A stretch of 35,117 bases of DNA from Candidatus Doudnabacteria bacterium RIFCSPHIGHO2_02_FULL_46_11 (GTDB taxonomy: Bacteria; Patescibacteriota; Doudnabacteria; UBA920; 2-02-FULL-46-11), in NCBI GenBank assembly GCA_001779955.1, contig MFES01000003.1, forward strand, positions 11,348-46,464. Reading direction: 5' to 3'. This document shows, piece by piece, positions 1 to 6,428 of the stretch. Every line of letters begins with the position of its first letter. Positions within the stretch are counted from its first letter, which is position 1. Below the pieces are notes generated by a model that saw only the letters and a program-made list of their open reading frames with translations, was not told the origin of the DNA and did no database searches. The translations under genes and the position numbers were made by a program.

Positions 1-2
1 TA

Positions 3-647
3 ACCAAGGTCATGACCGCTTTAGTATACCTCGAAGAAAATCCGAACCTAAACAAGGTTGTAACCCTGACCGAAGCGGATCAAGTGGAAGGCGCCGCCCT
101 TCTTTCGAGAACAGGCACGAAATTCCGCGCTTACGACCTTCTTAACGCCAGCCTCATGGCCTCGGCCAACAACGCCACAAACGTACTGGCCCGCGAAGGT
201 ACCGACCTCACTCTTGAACAGTTCATTGAAAAAATGAACGGCCGCGCTAAAGAGTTGGGCCTTAAGCAAACTCGCTTTGTTGAGCCAACCGGAATCAATC
301 CGGACAACCGCTCAACGCCCAAGGAGTACGCGGTAATTATAAACAAAGCCCTGGCTAATCCGATTATTCATCAGATTATGACCTCGACTTACTATGAGAT
401 TAAGCCTTTGGGCAAAGCTTCATTTCCAATAGGCACCAGCAATAAACTTCTTAAGGAACCGCAGAACTTTGAAGTCGAAGGCGGCAAAACCGGATTTACT
501 TACGGTTCAGACTACAACTTCGCCGCCAAGATGAAAAAGGGCGATACAGAAGTAACGGTTGTCGTGTTCGGTGATGAAAGTTTAAGTACGGCCATAGAAA
601 ACAGTAAAAAGCTTGCAACTGAAGCCTTGGAAAAAAGCGGCGAATAA
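3..647 (+). CDS. D-alanyl-D-alanine carboxypeptidase (peptidase S11 / PBP5-like), 5'-truncated by the window edge
   Basis: The frame is open from nt 3. The window opens inside the SxxK box (..TKVMTALV), followed by SxN (SANNA) and KTG (GKTGFT) boxes. Stop TAA at 645-647. Confidence 0.85.
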   Translation, partial: TKVMTALVYLEENPNLNKVVTLTEADQVEGAALLSRTGTKFRAYDLLNASLMASANNATNVLAREGTDLTLEQFIEKMNGRAKELGLKQTRFVEPTGINPDNRSTPKEYAVIINKALANPIIHQIMTSTYYEIKPLGKASFPIGTSNKLLKEPQNFEVEGGKTGFTYGSDYNFAAKMKKGDTEVTVVVFGDESLSTAIENSKKLATEALEKSGE

Positions 648-673
648 GCCGCTTTATGAAAATAAAAAGCGAG

Positions 674-703
674 AGGGCGCGCGGGCAGTATTCCGCGCGC
701 CCT
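674..703. terminator. GC-rich hairpin between convergent genes, with a T-run on the minus-strand side
   Basis: AGGGCGCGCGG (674-684) pairs with CCGCGCGCCCT (693-703) across an 8-nt loop. The minus-strand reading is followed by CTTTTTATT. Confidence 0.55.
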
Positions 704-708
704 TGGTT

Positions 709-954
709 TCAGCTCGCGCGCTGTTTGGGCTTTTGACGCCTCGCCCGAACAGCCCGAACGTGAAGCTTGAGAAACTGACACAGCGCCGGCCCTGACCCCA
801 TACAACAAGTCGGACAGTGGTTGAGGTGATACTGTTGCTTCAAGCTGATGGTTTCCGGTAAATTCCCGGCGCACAGCTCATCAACAAGCTCCCTAACCGG
901 CTCGCCATTACAAAGAGGTATGGCCAGCTGTGGTATAACCGTTTTCCTCTTCAT
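709..954 (-). CDS. small (81 aa) GC-rich protein with a ZAS-like H-x3-C-x2-C zinc motif (anti-sigma-factor-like), hypothetical
   Basis: ATG at 954 is preceded by GAGGGGGAAGA (strong SD). Motif ..ELCAGNLPE..YHLNHCPTCC. About 57% GC by eye, against mid-40s for neighbours. I trimmed the start from the 97-aa track ORF. Confidence 0.35.
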   Translation of the reverse strand: MKRKTVIPQLAIPLCNGEPVRELVDELCAGNLPETISLKQQYHLNHCPTCCMGSGPALCQFLKLHVRAVRARRQKPKQRAS

Positions 955-1033
955 TCTTCCCCCTCGGCTTGGGTGACCGCTCCCCCAACCGCAACAGTTC
1001 ATTAAATATACAGATTTATCCTATACTGTGTCT

Positions 1034-2302
1034 ATGGCTAAATCGATCACCATCTTAGGTATAGAAACTTCATGCGATGAAACCGCGGCGGCTGTGGTGG
1101 AATTAAAAAATAACCGCTTCCGAGTTTTAAGCAGTGCCGTAGCCTCACAGGTAGATCTGCATAAACTAACCGGCGGTGTAGTACCGGAAGTTGCCGCGCG
1201 GGAGCATGTAACAACCATAATGCCAACGATTAAGCTTGCGCTTAATCGGGCAACAATCCAAATGTCAAAATCCAAATTTCAAATAAATTCCAAAGCTCAA
1301 AATTCAAAACTTAACTCATTGGACGCAATAGCCGTAACTGCAGGCCCGGGCTTACTGCCGGCTCTTTTGGTCGGTGTTGATACAGCAAATGCCCTGTCTT
1401 TGGCTACCGGCATTCCGGCCATTCCCGTTCAACATATTACCGGACACATATACGCCAACTTCGTTGGCAAATCCGAAATCCGAAAACCTCCGCCCTGGGC
1501 GGAAAAATCTAAACGTTATCACAATGACCTCCGATCGGACAAAAATGTGATAGATGTCCGCAGAATAAAATTTCCCTTGCTTGCCCTGGTTGTCTCGGGT
1601 GGTCATTCCGAATTTATTTTGATGAAAAATTATTTGCAGTTTAAAAAACTCGGCCAAACCCTGGACGACGCGGCCGGCGAATGTTTTGATAAATGCGCCA
1701 AAATTTTAGGACTTCCGTACCCAGGCGGGCCGCAAATTTCTAAGGCAGCGCTTAATGGTAACCCGAAAGCCTTTAATTTTCCGCGGCCCCTCCTTCGCTC
1801 AAAGAGCTATGGAGGGCAAGCAAGGTTTCCGGATGGTAATTTGAATTTTTCTTTTGCCGGTTTGAAAACAGCGGTGCTTTACAAGGTCAATGACCTTGTA
1901 AAAATCAAAAATCAAAAATCAAAAATCAAAAATACAAATAAAAATTCAAAATTACCTAAACAAACAACTGCGGACCTGGCAGCTTCTGTTCAGGCGGCCA
2001 TTGTCGAAACTTTAGTTAAGAAAACCGAACGAGCCATAAAAAAAAATAAACCTAAGTCTTTTACTCTGGGCGGCGGCGTTGCTGCAAATTCGGAATTACG
2101 TAATCAATTACGTAATTTGCTAAGCGACAATTTTCCAAAGGTTAAATACTACGAAACTAAGGTAGAATACGCCACCGACAACGCGGTAATGATTGCCGCC
2201 GTCGGCGCAATGCTTGCCCGCAAAAATTTTACCAAAAAGCTCGGTGGGAAAAAACTGTCAAAATTTGTTAAGGCGAATCCACAATTAGAAATTAAACAAT
2301 AA
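1034..2302 (+). CDS. tsaD: tRNA N6-adenosine threonylcarbamoyltransferase TsaD (Kae1/Gcp family) with four in-frame insertions
   Basis: ILGIETSCDET, GGVVPE.AAREH, AVTAGPGL, LVVSGGHS, DDAAGE.FDK.AK.LGL.YPGGP, FSFAGLKTA and TDNAVMIA motifs. I chose ATG at 1034 over the GTG at 1028. Confidence 0.95.
   Translation: MAKSITILGIETSCDETAAAVVELKNNRFRVLSSAVASQVDLHKLTGGVVPEVAAREHVTTIMPTIKLALNRATIQMSKSKFQINSKAQNSKLNSLDAIAVTAGPGLLPALLVGVDTANALSLATGIPAIPVQHITGHIYANFVGKSEIRKPPPWAEKSKRYHNDLRSDKNVIDVRRIKFPLLALVVSGGHSEFILMKNYLQFKKLGQTLDDAAGECFDKCAKILGLPYPGGPQISKAALNGNPKAFNFPRPLLRSKSYGGQARFPDGNLNFSFAGLKTAVLYKVNDLVKIKNQKSKIKNTNKNSKLPKQTTADLAASVQAAIVETLVKKTERAIKKNKPKSFTLGGGVAANSELRNQLRNLLSDNFPKVKYYETKVEYATDNAVMIAAVGAMLARKNFTKKLGGKKLSKFVKANPQLEIKQ
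1516..1553. repeat. copy of the 38-bp TTATCACA..CCTCCGATCGGA..TGTGATA palindromic element, in frame inside tsaD
   Basis: Same length and spacing as the intergenic copies at 8969-9008 and 20835-20872, about 78% identical. Translated as YHNDLRSDKNVI. Confidence 0.7.
1788..1816. repeat. GC-rich hairpin of the CGCT(N)AAAG(N)CT family, in frame inside tsaD
   Basis: CCCTCC..TTCGCTCAAAGAGCTAT..GGAGGG. Compare CCTCCTCCGCTAAAGCTGGGCGG (25708-25730) and CCGCCTACGCTAAAGCTTCGGCGG (reverse complement of 6371-6394). Encodes the extra LRSKSYGGQ. Confidence 0.55.
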
Positions 2303-2324
2303 AACAGCCTCCTGCAAATGAAAA

Positions 2325-2351
2325 GGCGCGAGATCCAGGGGACCCCGCGCC
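2325..2351. terminator. hairpin between convergent tsaD and the lipoprotein gene
   Basis: GGCGCG (2325-2330) pairs with CGCGCC (2346-2351). The loop is long (15 nt), so this is only moderate. Confidence 0.35.
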
Positions 2352-2390
2352 GTTCCACACTTCAAACGCCTCCTTCAGCGTTTTCGCTTC

Positions 2391-3473
2391 TTACTTCTTG
2401 ACCGCTGGCGCCGGCGTGGCACCCACGGCCTTGGCGACGCCTGCCTTCACGCCGTTGAAGAACACCTCGCCGCGGCGCTTGAAAAAGCCGCGGATGTAAG
2501 CGTCGTTCCTTGAGGCGTGGAGCTCGGGAACAACGCTGTCCGGGTTCTCCGCCGGCCAGTTGCCGTACCAGGCGAGCATGATCGTGGTGCTGTCGAACGG
2601 GGCGATATCGCGCCGATACTCCCAGTTCAACAGGTAGCGATCCAACAACGCCCGATCCACCTGCCCCGCCAAGACACCAGCGAAAACGCCAATGCCCTGG
2701 GCCGCGACCGGTTTGGATACTGCCGGAAGGCGGTCGTACCAGGTGGCCCACTTCTGATACTTGTAAGCCACCTCCATCGCCTGGTCTTGGGCATTGACCG
2801 CCTTCATTCCCCCGATGCGCCGCAAATTGTCGCGCATCGAGATCACCACGGGCTCGAGCTTTTCGAGGGCCGGCAGATGCGGGGCATACATTGAGTCCGT
2901 CGGGATCTCGGCGGTTTCGCCGAACCTGGCTCCAGCCACCAGTCCCTCGCCCCAGACACTCCGCTCGATCTCCCATTGCACCGAGTCGGGCAGGTCCTTC
3001 ATCGCGATCTTCTCGCGGAATGTGAGCCCTTCGATCACCGCGCTGCGCTGGACGATCGTCGTGTCCGTCAGCTCGTCGCGGAACACGTCTCGGGCCACCG
3101 TGTAGCGCCCGAACTGCCAGTCCTCGCAGTGGCGATCCGTGAGCGAGTTCAGCTCGACGATCTTGTCGCGCAGCTGCTCGGAGGTCACTCGGATGAAGCA
3201 GTCACCCATCTGGAGCAGCACCGAACTGCCATCAAGCGCAACCTCGAGCACGTACTGCCGCGAGGGATAGAGCATCGCCACGGTCCCGGTTCGGTAATTC
3301 CTGAACGAAGTGTTCTCGGAAACCACGAGTCCCTTGCCCGGAGCGGGCTTGGGGATGGCTCCCGACGCCGGGACTGACTTCTCGGGCGCGGCGTCATCGC
3401 CGTTCGCTGCGCCGCAGCCCATCAAGATGATGGCCAGCGCCAACGAACCGAACAACTTGTGCATGCGTGTCAT
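2391..3473 (-). CDS. orphan lipoprotein (360 aa), high GC
   Basis: Signal peptide plus lipobox (LAIILMGC). ATG is preceded by AAGGGGGGACA. Roughly 60-65% GC by eye, with the many spurious overlapping ORFs typical of high-GC coding DNA. No family recognised. Confidence 0.7.
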   Translation of the reverse strand: MTRMHKLFGSLALAIILMGCGAANGDDAAPEKSVPASGAIPKPAPGKGLVVSENTSFRNYRTGTVAMLYPSRQYVLEVALDGSSVLLQMGDCFIRVTSEQLRDKIVELNSLTDRHCEDWQFGRYTVARDVFRDELTDTTIVQRSAVIEGLTFREKIAMKDLPDSVQWEIERSVWGEGLVAGARFGETAEIPTDSMYAPHLPALEKLEPVVISMRDNLRRIGGMKAVNAQDQAMEVAYKYQKWATWYDRLPAVSKPVAAQGIGVFAGVLAGQVDRALLDRYLLNWEYRRDIAPFDSTTIMLAWYGNWPAENPDSVVPELHASRNDAYIRGFFKRRGEVFFNGVKAGVAKAVGATPAPAVKK

Positions 3474-3707
3474 TGTCCCCCCTTTGTGATGGCGCCTGCC
3501 TCATGCAGTCGCCTTGTGTTGTGTACTTTACTTCTCCCGAATGGGCTTTAATCTGCACCCTCTTGCAAACTTAAGCCCATTTAGGAGATTTTGGGTATTT
3601 TAGCACAAATTACCTCTCTTGTCAATCATAAACCGAACTCTCTTTACTCCCTAAAAAACAAGCGGTTTTGGAGAAATTTAGCCCAGTTAATGTATACTTA
3701 AAGCAAT

Positions 3708-6284
3708 ATGGCCCAAAAAGAGCTTGCCAAGGCCTATAACCCGACCGAAGCCGAAGAACGAATATATAAACTCTGGGAAGAGTCTGGTTTTTTTAATCCC
3801 GACAACCTGCCTGACGCCAAAAAACGCGAACCTTTTACCATTATCATGCCGCCGCCCAACGCCAACGCTCCCCTCCATGTTGGCCATGCTTTGTTTTTAA
3901 CGATTGAAGATATTTTGATTCGTTTTAACCGCATGCAAGGCCGTCGCGCACTGTGGCTGCCCGGTTCAGACCATGCCGGTTTCGAGACACAGGTAGTATT
4001 CGAAAAAAAACTGGAAAAAGAAGGCCGCTCGCGATTCAAAATGGAGCGCAAGGAATTGTACAAAGAAATTTGGGATTTCGTTCAAAACAACAAACACATC
4101 AGCGAGCAAGGTATTAAGCGCATGGGATCTTCCTGCGACTGGTCGCGCAATACCTTCACTCTGGATCCAGCAATAATAGAAATCGTCTACGAAACTTTCG
4201 AGCAAATGTACAAAGACGGTTTAGTATATCGCGGCCAAAGAATTTCCAATTGGTGTATCAAGCATCAAACGAGCCTTTCTGATTTGGAAACAAAATACGA
4301 AGAACGAAGCGAGCCTCTTTACTATTTAAAGTACGGTCCTTTTACAATTGCTACGGCCAGACCCGAAACAAAGTTTGGCGATAAATATGTAGTTATGCAT
4401 CCGGAAGATAAACGATATACCCAATATAAGCACGGCGACAAAATTGAAGTTGAATGGATAAACGGAAAAATTACAGCCACAATTATAAAAGACGAAGCCA
4501 TTGACCAGGAATTCGGTACAGGGGTTATGACTATTACCCCTTGGCATGATCCGATTGACTTTGAAATTGCGCAAAGGCACGGTTTAGATAAGGAACAAAT
4601 TATTGATAAATTAGGCAGGCTTCTGCCAGTTGCTGGCGAATTTCAAGATATGAAAATAAAAGAAGCCCGCCCCTTGATTGTCGAGAAACTAAAAACTAAA
4701 AGCCTGCTCGAAAAAGTTGATGAAGATTACAAACACAACGTCCAGCTTTGCTATAAATGCAATAGCGTAATTGAACCGCAGATTATACCGCAATGGTTCG
4801 TGGCTATGACTAAGAGTTTGAAAGATGGCCGACCATCACTAAGGGATATGGCATTGCAAGCCACAGAAAACAATGAAGTGAAAATTATCCCGGAACGATT
4901 TGAAAAAGTATATACACACTGGATGCAAAATCTGCGTGATTGGGCAATAAGCCGCCAAATTGCCTGGGGCATTCCTTTTCCGGTTTGGTACTGTAATGTC
5001 GAAAGGGCAAATATGCCGCGCATACATTTTGCAGATTTTACGGTTGAGCAAGTCTTAAATGGAAAAACAAAAACTTACCGCCTAAAAAATAAAGGCCACA
5101 ACATTAGTGATAAAGTTAGACTGGTAAATAAAACTACGCAAGAAGTTTTTGGCTATGCCACTATTACCAATGTAGAAATTAAAAAAATAAAGGATATTGA
5201 TCTTAGTGATAAAGCTCATTACTCCACTTACAAAAATCTGGACGAACTGCTGGTAGCTTTCAAAAGACACTACCCGCCGGACCAAAAAATTGATGGCGAA
5301 ACAGAAAGCTACATTTACGACTACGCTTTCGAGGCGTTATCGCCGGAAAATACAAAAGACGGTTGCGGCCAAATAATAATATCCGGCGAAGCGCCTAAAA
5401 AATGTCCGGTTTGTAAAAACAAAAATTTAACGCAAGATCCTGATACTTTTGATACCTGGTTTTCATCCGGACAATGGCCGTATGCCACGCTAATGGCTCA
5501 AGGTAAAAAGGATTTCGAAACTTACTACCCTACACAAGTAATGGAAACGGGTTGGGATATTCTCTTTTTCTGGGTGGCGCGGATGATAATGTTCGGGATT
5601 TACAAAACCGGACAAAAACCTTTTAGCACAGTATTTTTGCATGGTATTGTCCGCGATAAAGATCGTCAAAAAATGAGTAAGAGTAAGGGCAATGTGGTTG
5701 ACCCTTTGGGCGTAATTGATACTTACGGTACCGATGCCTTACGCTTTGCTCTTATATTCTCTACTTCAGCCGGCACCGATATTCCATTGTCAGAAGATAA
5801 GGTAAAAGGCATGAAACACTTTGCCAATAAAGTTTGGAACATAGCCAGATTTGTGTTAACCAATCTGGAAAAATCAAAAAACAAAAAACAAAAAACAAAA
5901 TTACAACCTAAAACTGAAAACGATAAAAAAATATTAGAACAGTTGGAACAAACGATAAAGGAAGTGACGAACAATTTGGAAAACTTCCGCTTGCACGAGG
6001 CCGCCCAAAGCATTTACCAGTTTACCTGGCGCGATTTTGCCGATGTTTATATTGAAGCCAGCAAAAAACAACTGTCCAATTCCATGGAATTGGACAGTGG
6101 AAAATCCTCCGCCGCCAAGACCTCGGCGGAGCTTCGGGAAAACACGCAAAGAATTCTTCTTTACTGCCTGCAAAATATTCTGAAATTGCTCCATCCTTTT
6201 ATGCCGTTTGTCACCGAAGAAATCTGGCAACAAATGGAAAACGAACAGTTGTTAATGGTAGAAACCTGGCCCCGACTTCGCTAA
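3708..6284 (+). CDS. valS: valine--tRNA ligase (ValRS)
   Basis: HIGH box (PLHVGHAL), KMSKS box, CP1 editing-domain motifs (TARPETKFGD, GTGVMTITPWHDPIDFE), DTWFSSGQWP, and LHPFMPFVTEEIWQ in the anticodon-binding domain. Confidence 0.97.
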   Translation: MAQKELAKAYNPTEAEERIYKLWEESGFFNPDNLPDAKKREPFTIIMPPPNANAPLHVGHALFLTIEDILIRFNRMQGRRALWLPGSDHAGFETQVVFEKKLEKEGRSRFKMERKELYKEIWDFVQNNKHISEQGIKRMGSSCDWSRNTFTLDPAIIEIVYETFEQMYKDGLVYRGQRISNWCIKHQTSLSDLETKYEERSEPLYYLKYGPFTIATARPETKFGDKYVVMHPEDKRYTQYKHGDKIEVEWINGKITATIIKDEAIDQEFGTGVMTITPWHDPIDFEIAQRHGLDKEQIIDKLGRLLPVAGEFQDMKIKEARPLIVEKLKTKSLLEKVDEDYKHNVQLCYKCNSVIEPQIIPQWFVAMTKSLKDGRPSLRDMALQATENNEVKIIPERFEKVYTHWMQNLRDWAISRQIAWGIPFPVWYCNVERANMPRIHFADFTVEQVLNGKTKTYRLKNKGHNISDKVRLVNKTTQEVFGYATITNVEIKKIKDIDLSDKAHYSTYKNLDELLVAFKRHYPPDQKIDGETESYIYDYAFEALSPENTKDGCGQIIISGEAPKKCPVCKNKNLTQDPDTFDTWFSSGQWPYATLMAQGKKDFETYYPTQVMETGWDILFFWVARMIMFGIYKTGQKPFSTVFLHGIVRDKDRQKMSKSKGNVVDPLGVIDTYGTDALRFALIFSTSAGTDIPLSEDKVKGMKHFANKVWNIARFVLTNLEKSKNKKQKTKLQPKTENDKKILEQLEQTIKEVTNNLENFRLHEAAQSIYQFTWRDFADVYIEASKKQLSNSMELDSGKSSAAKTSAELRENTQRILLYCLQNILKLLHPFMPFVTEEIWQQMENEQLLMVETWPRLR
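5019..5342 (+). other. ASCH/PUA-like (YqfB-like) domain inserted within ValRS (aa ~438-545)
   Basis: IHFADFTVEQVLNGKTKTYRLKN..SDKVRLVN..VFGYATITNVEIKKIKDIDLSDKAH..NLDELLVAFKRHYPP..YIYDYAFE matches my recalled E. coli YqfB pattern ([27 protein letters not shown]..). It lies between Cys429 and Cys553. Confidence 0.6.
6073..6131. repeat. in-frame palindromic insertion in valS: a 24-bp perfect palindrome plus an 8-bp-stem GC hairpin
   Basis: TGTCCAATTCCATGGAATTGGACA (6073-6096) is a perfect palindrome. CTCCGCCG (6107-6114) pairs with CGGCGGAG (6124-6131). Encodes about 13 residues absent from E. coli ValRS at this position. Confidence 0.6.
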
Positions 6285-6343
6285 TTCAGCCTTCGTAGCC
6301 ACTTCGGCGAAGTAGGCAGCTTCGTGGGGTAAGCAAAATAAAC

Positions 6344-6415
6344 AAAAACCGCCTGCTTGCACTTCGTAGTCCGCCGAAGCTTTAGCGTAGGCGGACGAAG
6401 TAGTGGCGGTTTTTA
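6344..6415. terminator. long bidirectional terminator hairpin between convergent valS and the 814-aa gene, containing a CGCTAAAGC-family hairpin
   Basis: AAAAACCGCC ... GGCGGTTTTT encloses ACTTCGTAGTCCGCC-GAAGCTTTAGCGT-AGGCGGACGAAGT. T-runs follow on both strands. Confidence 0.6.
6369..6395. repeat. 27-nt GC hairpin GTCCGCCGAAGCTTTAGCGTAGGCGGA (identical copy at 11274-11300)
   Basis: Exact 27/27 match between the two loci. The stem is TCCGCC/GGCGGA. Confidence 0.8.
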
Positions 6416-6428
6416 TAATAGTTATAAA

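Noticed and set aside
512-1002. ORFs 512-874 (minus), 613-795 (plus) and the N-terminal 16 codons of 709-1002 (minus).
   Set aside because: They span the terminator hairpin and overlap the carboxypeptidase 3' end. For 709-1002, only the portion from the SD-preceded ATG at 954 is plausible.
2362-3397. Five additional ORFs (2362-2976 minus, 2517-2894 plus, 2794-3105 plus, 2976-3377 plus, 3185-3397 minus) overlap the lipoprotein gene.
   Set aside because: All lie in alternative frames of a high-GC gene, where stop codons are rare. Their translations are Arg/Gly/Pro-rich low-complexity sequence with no starts backed by an RBS. The 360-aa lipoprotein frame has a signal peptide, a lipobox and an SD.
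3474-3707. I looked for a promoter or T-box-like leader upstream of valS.
   Set aside because: I found only a weak -10-like TATACT (3690-3695) without a convincing -35. There are no specifier or T-box motifs, and I could not identify an antiterminator structure.
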